In this document: one piece after another, positions 36,093-44,704 of the stretch
Position numbering within the stretch: the first letter of the stretch is position 1
Layout of the letters: each line of letters opens with the position of its first letter
Origin: a virus
Direction: 5' to 3' (one strand)
DNA length: 64,000 nucleotides
Virus record (IMG/VR): IMGVR_UViG_3300048928_000047
The notes under the pieces: generated by a model
The model's database searches: none
Told to the model about the DNA's origin: nothing
Seen by the model: only the letters and a program-made list of their open reading frames with translations
Position numbers and translations under genes: made by a program

Positions 36093-36968
36093 TTATTTTT
36101 TAAAAATTCGACCCAGTTGTTTACCGCCATTGATCACCGTACCATCTTCTGCCTGGTAATCCCAGGAGCCGTCAATGTTACGTAGGAAGCTTGAGCGATT
36201 ACCCACATCGTGGATTACTACAGCCATCAGCAGTTTTTCATCGATCTCAGTTTCGATGCTCTCTTTAATACCTTCGGTGACTTCCCGCTCATGTTGGATG
36301 TACACCGTACCATCGATCACCTGCACACTGCGCACGTTTTTAAACGTGTACACTTGCTGCGTGGTGTAAAGTACACGGACGATAGTTTTAGCCACGGTTG
36401 GTTTCTGACGACTACGCTTACGATAGCGTGGACGTGGATTCAGCGCAGGTGCTGGCTCGTCATCCAAGAGTCGATAAGCTACAATATCTCGGTCATTGCC
36501 GTAATGATTCCAACGGAATTCTCCCACCCTACCATCTAATACATCCCCTTCGCGAACTACGATCTTCACTTTGCGATCTTTGTCACCTACGGCAGATTTA
36601 CCATCGTGATAGATAAACCCTTCTGGAATGCCGTTAATCTGTTCTTCCTCAAGGAAACGCTGTTTGAACAGGCATTCAAACGTTTGGTAATCCACGATCA
36701 CTCTACCATGTGCATCCCCTTCGTCATTTCCATTCAATGCGGCTTCTTCGTCAAACCACATGATGTTAGTTTCTGGGGAACTAATGTAGCAGAGCAGATG
36801 ATCAGCATCGTCCCAATAGTTAATCCCTTTTGTCTTGGCAACTTTAATCATCCATTCGATATCTGAATGTTGTGCCTCTTTGAAAGGAAACGCCACTTCT
36901 TTCAGAGTTAGTTTTGGTTTGTCGCTATTACGTTCGCGTGTACTGCTATCCCATTCTGCATCACTCAT
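36093..36968 (-). CDS. hypothetical protein
   Basis: 291-aa ORF. ATGA overlap with the upstream micro-ORF. Confidence 0.55.
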   Translation of the reverse strand: MSDAEWDSSTRERNSDKPKLTLKEVAFPFKEAQHSDIEWMIKVAKTKGINYWDDADHLLCYISSPETNIMWFDEEAALNGNDEGDAHGRVIVDYQTFECLFKQRFLEEEQINGIPEGFIYHDGKSAVGDKDRKVKIVVREGDVLDGRVGEFRWNHYGNDRDIVAYRLLDDEPAPALNPRPRYRKRSRQKPTVAKTIVRVLYTTQQVYTFKNVRSVQVIDGTVYIQHEREVTEGIKESIETEIDEKLLMAVVIHDVGNRSSFLRNIDGSWDYQAEDGTVINGGKQLGRIFKK

Positions 36969-37123
36969 TTCTGATCTCCTTCTTCGTATTTCTTAAGCTT
37001 ACGTTTCAGCACTTCAATTTGCTCTTCTAAGCTCTCGATGTACTCTTGACGTTCCCACTCTCTGCGTTGACTTTCTCGCTCAATCATCTCTCGACGTTGG
37101 CTATCTCCGCTATAATCACTCAT
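36965..37123 (-). CDS. 52-aa coiled-coil micro-protein (not in ORF track)
   Basis: MSDYSGDSQRREMIERESQRREWERQEYIESLEEQIEVLKRKLKKYEEGDQK. Start overlaps the upstream stop by 8 nt. Stop overlaps the downstream ATG (ATGA). Fills an otherwise unexplained 150-nt gap. Confidence 0.5.
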   Translation of the reverse strand: MSDYSGDSQRREMIERESQRREWERQEYIESLEEQIEVLKRKLKKYEEGDQK

Positions 37124-37394
37124 TGTGTTGACCTCGGAGTGTTTTTATGGCTTCTTCATACCAAACATCGAAATCAACGACTTCTCTGCCACCTGGTTTC
37201 AGACCATTACCATTTAAATCAAATTTGTCCCCGTCCATTTCAAGCCAACTATAACCAAGCCCATTGGCAAAGAACATGAAGTCTGCTGCGTCATCCCAGA
37301 AAGTTGAACCAAGAATATGCAATTCGTCAATAACGTGCTGAATCTTATATTCTTCTATGTTGCTATCGGCAAAACAGATTTTAAAAATATTCAT
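37116..37394 (-). CDS. hypothetical protein
   Basis: 92 aa. ATGA overlap with the YqeY-like gene. Confidence 0.5.
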   Translation of the reverse strand: MNIFKICFADSNIEEYKIQHVIDELHILGSTFWDDAADFMFFANGLGYSWLEMDGDKFDLNGNGLKPGGREVVDFDVWYEEAIKTLRGQHNE

Positions 37395-37825
37395 CCTAAG
37401 ATCTCCTTAGCAATAGTGGAAGCCAGTTTACCATCATACTGATTAGGGAAATCCGTGCGCAGGTGTTTCATCATATCCGGCATTTTCTTACCTGATAGGG
37501 CAAATTCTTCTGCAATGAAACGCAGATCTTCCTCAGACAGCATTTCCGGCAGATAGCGCTCCAGTACGATAACATCACGCTCTGCACGTTCGATACGTGC
37601 TTGGGAAGCCGATACAGCTTTCAGAGAAGCAATTTCTTCTTTGGTGTGAGCAATACCCACTTTTACGATATTGATCATGATATCGTCTTCGGATTTACCC
37701 AGATTTGCTTTCTGGGTGCGAGCCAGATCAAACTCACCGATGATATTGGTTAACAGGGCAAACGCACCTTTATCTGTGGTACGCGCCAGAATACGATCTG
37801 CTTTCATTTGAGTTACAATGCTCAT
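37391..37825 (-). CDS. GatB/YqeY-domain protein
   Basis: Start moved to MSIVTQMKADRIL (AAGGAGAA SD). LERYLPEMLSEEDLRFIAEE ... DGKLASTIAKEIL is collinear with bacterial YqeY. Confidence 0.7.
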   Translation of the reverse strand: MSIVTQMKADRILARTTDKGAFALLTNIIGEFDLARTQKANLGKSEDDIMINIVKVGIAHTKEEIASLKAVSASQARIERAERDVIVLERYLPEMLSEEDLRFIAEEFALSGKKMPDMMKHLRTDFPNQYDGKLASTIAKEILG

Positions 37826-37835
37826 TTTGTTCTCC

Positions 37836-38039
37836 TTATCTGCCATACTTACGGATGTTTTTCAATTCTTCTTTACTATAAAGATCAATGTCGATTAAGT
37901 CAATCTTTTTATTATCGAAATGACCATTAAGATACATTGTCATCACAACAGCTAAACCTACGATACAAGCAACGGTGAAGATGCTCAGGATAATTTCTGC
38001 AAGGTTCATCCCGAAAGCAATGATATCATTATGACACAT
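37836..38039 (-). CDS. small membrane protein
   Basis: 67 aa. TM helix ILSIFTVACIVGLAVVMTMYL. AGGAGA SD. Confidence 0.5.
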   Translation of the reverse strand: MCHNDIIAFGMNLAEIILSIFTVACIVGLAVVMTMYLNGHFDNKKIDLIDIDLYSKEELKNIRKYGR

Positions 38040-38056
38040 AATTGATCTCCTGTAAA

Positions 38057-38074
38057 ATGCCCCCGAAGGGGCAT
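38057..38074 (-). terminator. rho-independent terminator ATGCCCC-(4)-GGGGCAT
   Basis: On the minus strand the 7-bp stem is followed by TTTTAC. 4 nt after the 38078 gene stop. Confidence 0.7.
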
Positions 38075-38077
38075 GTA

Positions 38078-38266
38078 TTATTTCTTCAAACTGTCCTCAG
38101 TACCATCCCACTTCTCAACGAGTTCGATGAGTTGTTCTTTGGTCTTTGTCCAGCCAAGTTTCAAAAGTGACTCTACTTTAGCATCCACTGAGGGATCATG
38201 CAAGCCTTTTTCTACTTCTTGTTCAAGCCAGGTTAATACTTTGTGCAGAATTGAACTTCCGTCCAT
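38078..38266 (-). CDS. hypothetical small protein
   Basis: 62 aa. Start overlaps the helicase stop. Confidence 0.5.
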   Translation of the reverse strand: MDGSSILHKVLTWLEQEVEKGLHDPSVDAKVESLLKLGWTKTKEQLIELVEKWDGTEDSLKK

Positions 38267-40080
38267 TAACAGGTATCTCCGTCATAGTTTTCCATTGCTA
38301 TCTTTCTTTCGATGAGTCCTAAGAGGTCATTGCTGCGGGACAAGTCCGGCATCAAATCAACCTCCCCTAAGAACTCACCGTCACCATCCTCAAGCCAGCT
38401 TTCGTAAGCCTGGAGGTGGTTATCGTTACCATCGAAGCTATCTGCTACGAAGCACTTGATATCACTGGCTGTTGTACAGCCAGCACCAAACACGCCTAAG
38501 CGAACATTTTCGATGGGGATGCCGCCTTTAAGCGGCTTCTCCTTTGGGGGCGCAGTTTTCTCCTGCGCTACACCCCTGATATCAATAATCTCTTGAACAG
38601 TGCTGTTCCACTGTAAGCATTTGATACAACGAGTGTGGGCTACGTACAGCAGGTTACGCTCTGCTTCTTCCAGACCCACCCATTCCCCTGTTTTCTTATC
38701 ATAGTTGGAAGGGAAGTCGTTAGCAACAACTACCTGGTCCCATTCCAGACCTTTTGATTTATGAGCCGTAGTGAGCGTCACCTTGGCAGTAGGTGAATTT
38801 CGATGTGTACGCAGGGTGTGAGCGATTGTATTCGCTTTCCCACTCACAACTACGTTAAGTAGTCGTTTCGCGTCAGGATCGCTCTCAGCACATTCTACAA
38901 ACTCGTCCCAGTTTGCATATGGCAACACTGTCTCGTGCTTCACCTTCTCAATATCACCACGACGCAGAGCGTTCACGCTATCCACCATTGAGATAAAGTC
39001 TTTGGTGTCAACGTTGATGATAATCTCCTCACCATCAGCGATACGATCCATTGCTTCCATCAGCAGTGTCAGGTTTTTACGGAAGATGATTGTATACGGC
39101 TTGGTGTAATCCACCATGTCAGAGACATAACTGCCTACCGTTGTATCATAGCCTTTACCTACCAGCGGGTGAGCCAGCGGTTCTTTATCTTCCAGGATCA
39201 TGTTGGCAATGGTTGCCACTTTCGGACCGAATCGGAAACATGCTGTCAGAGGAAGCTCTACACCGTAGGTGGAGGTTTCTTTCATCATGTTCTGACTACC
39301 ACGGAACTGATAGATACTCTGAAATTCATCACCCACCACCACAATGCGTTTCGCTGCCTTGGCATTACGCAGGATGGACAGGAACGCAGGGTTAACGTCC
39401 TGGAACTCATCACCAAAGATGATATCGTATCCCAGATCTTTACCGGACAATTCAAACAATTTCACATAGGTGTCGTGAGTCATGATTGTTTCTGACTTAG
39501 GATCAATACGTTCACGCCAAAGCTGTTTAGCATACGTAACCACTTCTGAAATCAATTTGTTTTCATTGATGTTTTTACGTTTAATATCTGCCAGATGCAC
39601 AGTAGGGAAGTGTTTACGCCCTAAGTGAGCATCATCAGAGAATTCAAATTTACCCACAGTCTGCTTGATCATCAAACCAATCATTGCACGAGTGAGTAGA
39701 GTTTTGCCATTCTTATCAATCAAGTTATTGATTTTGAACTTCTTGGCAATCTCATTACCCGTCCCTGCCACGTTAACGTATGCACCTTCTGGACGTGTCA
39801 GCTTGTGACGCAGAGACTGATCCAGTTGCTGGTAGCAGATAGAGTGAAGGGTACGACACTCCACATTATCCGGCATCTTGCGACGGGCTTCTTCTGCCAT
39901 GCTTTTGTTAAATGCCAGATACAGGATCTTATCATCCGTACCATTTGCCAGCATATACAATGTTGAAGTTTTACCAGATCCAGATTTAGCTTGAATGGTG
40001 GTGAATCGGTTCTCTTTGAACGCACCTTCAATTGCAAATTGTTCGTCAGTCGGTGTAAAACTTAGTTCGCTTTTAGCCAT
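38266..40080 (-). CDS. UvrD/Rep-like superfamily 1 DNA helicase
   Basis: Walker A AKSGSGKTST. Motif II IIFGDEFQDVNP. Motif III VVGDEFQSIYQFRGS. Motif VI TAHKSKGLEWDQVVV. Confidence 0.85.
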   Translation of the reverse strand: MAKSELSFTPTDEQFAIEGAFKENRFTTIQAKSGSGKTSTLYMLANGTDDKILYLAFNKSMAEEARRKMPDNVECRTLHSICYQQLDQSLRHKLTRPEGAYVNVAGTGNEIAKKFKINNLIDKNGKTLLTRAMIGLMIKQTVGKFEFSDDAHLGRKHFPTVHLADIKRKNINENKLISEVVTYAKQLWRERIDPKSETIMTHDTYVKLFELSGKDLGYDIIFGDEFQDVNPAFLSILRNAKAAKRIVVVGDEFQSIYQFRGSQNMMKETSTYGVELPLTACFRFGPKVATIANMILEDKEPLAHPLVGKGYDTTVGSYVSDMVDYTKPYTIIFRKNLTLLMEAMDRIADGEEIIINVDTKDFISMVDSVNALRRGDIEKVKHETVLPYANWDEFVECAESDPDAKRLLNVVVSGKANTIAHTLRTHRNSPTAKVTLTTAHKSKGLEWDQVVVANDFPSNYDKKTGEWVGLEEAERNLLYVAHTRCIKCLQWNSTVQEIIDIRGVAQEKTAPPKEKPLKGGIPIENVRLGVFGAGCTTASDIKCFVADSFDGNDNHLQAYESWLEDGDGEFLGEVDLMPDLSRSNDLLGLIERKIAMENYDGDTC

Positions 40081-40541
40081 TACATTCCTCTCTTAATTTC
40101 ATTCACTAACATGGGGATCAGATCTCGTTCCAATACTCGCTCCATGATGTGTGAGGGCAGATTTCTAAACTGCCAGTTATATGCCACAGTACCACCTTCC
40201 GGTGTAGATACACGGATATACATAGTATCTCGTAATCTGTCGAGGTCAGCACGATACTCAATACCTCGTAAGGTGTGAATAGTCGCCATCATATTGTAGA
40301 TATCTTCACCAGATGTACGAGCTAATTGTACTGGAAGGTAATTTACATCTTTGGTTTTAGGCATGAGGGTTGGGAAATATTCTCCCAGGAGTTCGCATGT
40401 CATTTCAAGACATTCGCGCTCCATTCTATTCTCATTCCGACTGTTGTCAAGATCTCTCTGCAATTTATTTAATTGTTCTTGCTGTGCAGCCAGAGCTTCA
40501 CGCATTTTGCGTTTTTGGTTTCGTCCAAATCGTTTACTCAT
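40080..40541 (-). CDS. hypothetical protein (basic coiled-coil N-terminus)
   Basis: 153 aa. GAGGAGG SD. Its stop (TAA) shares one nt with the helicase start (TAATG overlap). Confidence 0.5.
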   Translation of the reverse strand: MSKRFGRNQKRKMREALAAQQEQLNKLQRDLDNSRNENRMERECLEMTCELLGEYFPTLMPKTKDVNYLPVQLARTSGEDIYNMMATIHTLRGIEYRADLDRLRDTMYIRVSTPEGGTVAYNWQFRNLPSHIMERVLERDLIPMLVNEIKRGM

Positions 40542-40550
40542 CGTTCCTCC

Positions 40551-41060
40551 TCAATAAAAGTCCATCACTTGCAGCATTCGTTTTAGTGTGATTGCCGCAT
40601 ACTCACCATTCAGATCTTCTGGCAGATGCTTAAAGATATAAGCCTCCTGCTCTTCCCAAGACCATTTCTCTTTCTTTTCCGGTAGGTTATCTCCAGCGTG
40701 AGAGTTCTCACGTTGAGTTTGAATGATCCAATTACTGGGGAAGTGAACGCCCCCTTTCTTGAAGGGAATGTAGTGGCCTAAAGTGAAACTACCTTTACCC
40801 TCCAGACCACCAAGTTTGTTCAGATGGATAATCAAACTACGGAACACAAAGTATTCGTAAATATTATCCACCGTGTAGAAAGCGTAATATTTTAAGATGC
40901 CCGTATCACGTTTGAAGTTATGAACATCCAGGCTACACCAGTTTACATTCGTCGGATCGTAGTTGTGGTTTTCAATCCACTCCTCACGTTCATCCCACTC
41001 AGGGTAAATAACCGCTTGGCTTGAAGATTCAACCAAAGGTGAGAAAACATCAAAAAACAT
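40551..41060 (-). CDS. hypothetical protein, possible HNH-type nuclease
   Basis: LGHYIPFKKGGVHFPSNWIIQTQRENSHAGD loosely fits H-N-(N/H) spacing. The ORF is secure; the function is not. Confidence 0.4.
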   Translation of the reverse strand: MFFDVFSPLVESSSQAVIYPEWDEREEWIENHNYDPTNVNWCSLDVHNFKRDTGILKYYAFYTVDNIYEYFVFRSLIIHLNKLGGLEGKGSFTLGHYIPFKKGGVHFPSNWIIQTQRENSHAGDNLPEKKEKWSWEEQEAYIFKHLPEDLNGEYAAITLKRMLQVMDFY

Positions 41061-41069
41061 CTTGCCTCC

Positions 41070-41444
41070 TTAGCTTAGGGCTTTAACGTCATCCAGTGCG
41101 TTACCTGCTTTGAGCAGGATGATATCATTCACTGCATCAGGTTCCCCTGGTTGCTCCGTGAACTTCTCTGTGGCGAACATCACCAGATAGTGTTCATCCA
41201 TCTGGTACACTTTGATCCAACCATCCAGCTTAACATCCTGTGCGAAACCGAAGCCTCTGAATTTTTCTTTCAGTGGGTGATCTCCTGGTCGGGATAGTGC
41301 CATTGAACCATGCGGAATTGTGAAACGCTCTGCACCAATGTAGATGAAGGTATCGTTCTTATCCAGGTCATGATAAATGGTGGCTGGACGATCTGCCAGC
41401 ATGGTTAGTTTGAAGATATCAATATCTTGTGTTGTTTGACTCAT
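41070..41444 (-). CDS. hypothetical protein
   Basis: Start moved to MSQTTQ (GGGAGGAA SD, ATGA overlap with the upstream stop). Confidence 0.5.
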   Translation of the reverse strand: MSQTTQDIDIFKLTMLADRPATIYHDLDKNDTFIYIGAERFTIPHGSMALSRPGDHPLKEKFRGFGFAQDVKLDGWIKVYQMDEHYLVMFATEKFTEQPGEPDAVNDIILLKAGNALDDVKALS

Positions 41445-41809
41445 ATATGTTCCTCCCAGATCCAATAGTCATCTTTAAATGGTGGGTGTCGTTTGTCCCA
41501 TTCTCTTCTCGCCCATTGTACGGCTGCAACCAACACATCTCCGTGACAAGCTTGAGGAGCACAGAAGCAAACAAGGTTTTGACCTTCCAATTCCAGTAAA
41601 TCCTCAAGGGTAATCTTACCAGAACGTATCTGTTCCCACAACCATTCTTTGTATCGCTGAATTGTTGAGCCTCTTGGCTCCCCGTCTTGCAGCTTGAAAG
41701 GATTGGCAAACTTGGAGGCTTTAAGCCCGAAGTGGGGCATTGCACGTCCAATATATGTCGCTCCTTCTGGAATCACCTTGCCAAGGTGATAAAAATTTAA
41801 AACTTTCAT
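41441..41809 (-). CDS. DUF4326-like protein
   Basis: YIGRAMPHFGLKASKFANPF ... NLVCFCAPQACHGDVL follows the DUF4326 pattern (GR..WGNPF ... C.C.P..CHGDVL). Confidence 0.6.
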   Translation of the reverse strand: MKVLNFYHLGKVIPEGATYIGRAMPHFGLKASKFANPFKLQDGEPRGSTIQRYKEWLWEQIRSGKITLEDLLELEGQNLVCFCAPQACHGDVLVAAVQWARREWDKRHPPFKDDYWIWEEHI

Positions 41810-42168
41810 TTCTTCTCGTCCTCTTTGTATTCCAGGAACAAATCTACTTTGTAGGTTTTCCTTTCTTCAAATTTTGCAGGATTGAGAGTGATGAAGAGTT
41901 GGCGGTCTATGTCCATGTATTCTTTGACAAGGATGAAGAGATCCTTCCCACAATAAAAGCCAGTGGCTTTAAAGGCATCGCCCCATTGATCCACTGACTT
42001 TGTACTCTTGTCCAGCTTACAGCGAATGTCTCTACCTTCATCTTGGTATAAAGCTACACCACCGTACCAGGTAAAGAATTTAGTGCCATCGGCAACCACT
42101 TTGAATCCTTCCCGCGCATTCGCGCCAGCAGATAGACACAGCGCGATCACCAACAGCCACTTAATCAT
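41806..42168 (-). CDS. secreted protein
   Basis: Signal peptide MIKWLLVIALCLSAGANA. ATGA overlaps on both sides. Confidence 0.55.
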   Translation of the reverse strand: MIKWLLVIALCLSAGANAREGFKVVADGTKFFTWYGGVALYQDEGRDIRCKLDKSTKSVDQWGDAFKATGFYCGKDLFILVKEYMDIDRQLFITLNPAKFEERKTYKVDLFLEYKEDEKK

Positions 42169-42446
42169 TCAACCTCCAGCCGCTTATTCTTGTCAAACAC
42201 TGCATCGTATTTCTCTCCGCAGCCGTTGTCAACATAAAACTTGATAAACTGGTCATCCTGTTCTATTTCGTAACGAACTTCGAGACACATACCATTACCT
42301 GTATCCTCCAGAATATCCACAGCTAAATCACTGTAAAGTATGCTATCACCGTCAAATGACCAGAAGTAATCTGAGAGGTTATCAAAAGATAAATTCAACT
42401 CAGGGTTTTCCTGGTGGAGTTTAACTGCCATCATTAGATAACTCAT
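42165..42446 (-). CDS. hypothetical protein
   Basis: 93 aa, translationally coupled. Confidence 0.5.
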   Translation of the reverse strand: MSYLMMAVKLHQENPELNLSFDNLSDYFWSFDGDSILYSDLAVDILEDTGNGMCLEVRYEIEQDDQFIKFYVDNGCGEKYDAVFDKNKRLEVE

Positions 42447-42817
42447 TCATCCTCCAGTTGTTCGTAAGGTACAAAGCCAGTACCAAACTTATAGAAACGC
42501 TTGGTTCCGTCAAAGTAGTACAGCACTGCATCATAACGGAAAGCTTCACGGTCTAACTCGTCGATTGGTGTACCGTACAAACTTGGTACTTCTTTACCAT
42601 CTGTTGAGCTAAACCAAGTGTACCAACGTTCACCGCAGCATTCACAGTATGAGTCGTTTCCACAGGTGATGCGATCAGCACGACTCTGTGCATCCTCTGG
42701 CGATGTTGCCTGGATAATAACCGTGTCTCTCACTTCATCATTACGGATAAAGTAACCACCAGAGTTGTTCTGACTCATTGTATACCATTTTAAATCAACT
42801 TCAATCGTTGTTTTCAC
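42443..42817 (-). CDS. hypothetical Cys-rich protein
   Basis: 124 aa. CGNDSYCECCGERW cluster. GGAGGAA SD. Confidence 0.5.
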   Translation of the reverse strand: MKTTIEVDLKWYTMSQNNSGGYFIRNDEVRDTVIIQATSPEDAQSRADRITCGNDSYCECCGERWYTWFSSTDGKEVPSLYGTPIDELDREAFRYDAVLYYFDGTKRFYKFGTGFVPYEQLEDE

Positions 42818-42826
42818 TGTTCCTCC

Positions 42827-43183
42827 TTACTCGTAGGCTTCTTTCCAAGCCTTAACTTTGTCCAACATTTCTTCGTAGTCACCCCACGAATACTCCTCCA
42901 CCTGGTATTCCAGGCGAGAGATTATTTCATCGAACGACCAAGCCGGAAGATAGCCATTGCCGAAGTCAGCAAGTCGTTCCTGGTAGTCGTCAGCATCACG
43001 ATCACCCCAACCAAATTCTGCCTCAAACGAGTCACAACCGGAGCAGGAGCCGTAGGAACCCTCAGCTACACCGAGAACACCATCAACCCGTACAAGAGCC
43101 AGCCATTCGCCCTGATAGCTACCAAATTCTTGGTAGTCCAGCACTTCTGCACCTGTTGCTTCTAACGCTTCTTGATAACTCAT
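42827..43183 (-). CDS. hypothetical acidic protein
   Basis: 118 aa. GSYGSCSGCDSFEAEFGWG motif. GAGGAGAGAA SD. Confidence 0.5.
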   Translation of the reverse strand: MSYQEALEATGAEVLDYQEFGSYQGEWLALVRVDGVLGVAEGSYGSCSGCDSFEAEFGWGDRDADDYQERLADFGNGYLPAWSFDEIISRLEYQVEEYSWGDYEEMLDKVKAWKEAYE

Positions 43184-43206
43184 AATTCTCTCCTCACTTC
43201 AACATG

Positions 43207-43260
43207 TCGCCAGGTGGCGAGGTAATGTTCTATTTTAAGAGCCACTTGCACCGCGCTAAG
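43207..43260 (-). promoter_or_regulatory. possible internal promoter plus leader palindrome
   Basis: Minus strand: TTAGCG (weak -35), 16-nt spacer, TAAAAT (43237-43232). Then palindrome TCGCCACCTGGCGA (43220-43207) before the SD of the 43183 gene. Confidence 0.35.
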
Positions 43261-43319
43261 ATTTGTATGCAGACAAACTGGCTCGCTGTCCCAACCCATT
43301 CTCCCGTACAGGGAGTATT

Positions 43320-44021
43320 TCACTGACTTTGCTTGCGCCATTGGTACACTCCAAACAGAGAGTTAAGCAGGAATGCTACCCACATCGCCAGCACCGCTGC
43401 GCCACCACCTTCATGGTGTAGTGTAGCCTGAATCCACATGACCACTGCCACGATGTTAACCAACACCCAAACATACCATTGCTCAGCATAACGGTACATC
43501 ATAAGTGTGGTAGCCAGAATGGACAGGATTGCAGTTGCAGAATCCAAACCAGGCATACTACCTTTCAGTTCGGCTACGAACAAGGCATAAAGCCCAATTG
43601 CTGCCAGCGTACCGACGCTCACCCAAATGCGTTGCTTTGTCGTCAGGTAGTTCTTGATAACATCTGCACGATCTCCACTTACATTCAGCTTTCGACTCCA
43701 CACCACTGCGCCCCAGAACTGCATCGGGAGGAACACGAGTGTGTACATGATCGCTTCACCGAAGAGTTGGTATTTGTATGAGATCCATGCGTAGAGTGCC
43801 GTAGCAATGACACCCCACCAGTAGCTTGAAATTTTACCCTTTGCCACAAGGATCGCACCTACAATCCCTGTTACTGAGGAGATAAACTCAACCAGCGTAC
43901 TGTTCATCGCAATAGAGATCGCACCGATACTGGCAGTACAGATAACCAACCAAAGATATTCCAAAGGTTTCCAGCCGTAGAAGTCAGTCCAGGTGGATTT
44001 AACGTATAAGTTCATGTTCAT
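43320..44021 (-). CDS. pnuC: nicotinamide riboside transporter PnuC
   Basis: GAILVAKGKISSYWWGVIATALYAWISYKYQLFGEA and LMMYRYAEQWYVWVLVNIVAVVMW match the two conserved PnuC blocks. About seven TM helices. Confidence 0.85.
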   Translation of the reverse strand: MNMNLYVKSTWTDFYGWKPLEYLWLVICTASIGAISIAMNSTLVEFISSVTGIVGAILVAKGKISSYWWGVIATALYAWISYKYQLFGEAIMYTLVFLPMQFWGAVVWSRKLNVSGDRADVIKNYLTTKQRIWVSVGTLAAIGLYALFVAELKGSMPGLDSATAILSILATTLMMYRYAEQWYVWVLVNIVAVVMWIQATLHHEGGGAAVLAMWVAFLLNSLFGVYQWRKQSQ

Positions 44022-44040
44022 CTCCTCTTTAGGATTAAAA

Positions 44041-44337
44041 TTAGTCTTTTTTCAGATGTTCCAGCACTTCTTCACGAGTCATTACACGACCTTCTTCGAC
44101 GTCCCGTTGTGAGATTTCAAGGAGCTTGACAAGAGCTTCCAATTGTTCTTCTTCATCAACAGGTTCAAAATCCCAGAATGCACCTTTCATCGGGATAGGA
44201 ATGCGATCCAGACCACCCTTATCATCACGTAGCAACATTCCACCGTATCCAAATCCTTCTATCACATAGAGAGTATCCACCGAATACAATTCAGAGTCAT
44301 CGCTACGAGTACATCTTACACGATCACCGATTTTCAT
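44041..44337 (-). CDS. hypothetical protein (tandem paralogue, MKIGD family)
   Basis: MKIGDRVRCTRSDDSELYSVDTLYVIEGF parallels the neighbour's MKIGDVLRCTYSVDSDFTVGNLYEIVSF. Confidence 0.5.
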   Translation of the reverse strand: MKIGDRVRCTRSDDSELYSVDTLYVIEGFGYGGMLLRDDKGGLDRIPIPMKGAFWDFEPVDEEEQLEALVKLLEISQRDVEEGRVMTREEVLEHLKKD

Positions 44338-44519
44338 TCAACCTCCTCGAAACGCCAACGAGTGCCATTCATCACAACACCGATACCGCCAGTGTAATCA
44401 TCGTTATCCCTCAGAATAGGATCACCATCCTTATCAAAAGACACGATTTCATAGAGATTTCCTACCGTGAAATCACTGTCCACTGAATAAGTACAACGCA
44501 ACACATCTCCAATTTTCAT
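44334..44519 (-). CDS. hypothetical protein (tandem paralogue, MKIGD family)
   Basis: 61 aa. ATGA overlap with the downstream paralogue. Confidence 0.5.
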   Translation of the reverse strand: MKIGDVLRCTYSVDSDFTVGNLYEIVSFDKDGDPILRDNDDYTGGIGVVMNGTRWRFEEVE

Positions 44520-44528
44520 AAACCCTCC

Positions 44529-44702
44529 TCAGAGTCTTTCGAATGTCACCTTAGCAAGGTGGAGTTCTTTTACTGGTACAAACCCGTTGTACCCGTCAAC
44601 AATCCACTCTTTACCGTGGCGCACCACGATTTCGTATTCACGCAGTTCCAGCTTTGGTACTGCTCGTTCTGTAGCCAACACTTTAAGACGTTTTCCAAAC
44701 AT
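44529..44702 (-). CDS. 57-aa protein (not in ORF track)
   Basis: MFGKRLKVLATERAVPKLELREYEIVVRHGKEWIVDGYNGFVPVKELHLAKVTFERL. GGAGGG SD. Fills the gap between nadR and the MKIGD genes. Confidence 0.5.
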   Translation of the reverse strand: MFGKRLKVLATERAVPKLELREYEIVVRHGKEWIVDGYNGFVPVKELHLAKVTFERL

Positions 44703-44704
44703 TG

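Noticed and set aside
41419-41751. ORF 41419-41751 (-, 110 aa) overlapping the DUF4326-like gene
   Set aside because: It is an alternative frame of the same DNA. The 41441-41809 frame has the conserved NPF...CxCxPxxCHGDVL pattern and proper coupling to its neighbours.
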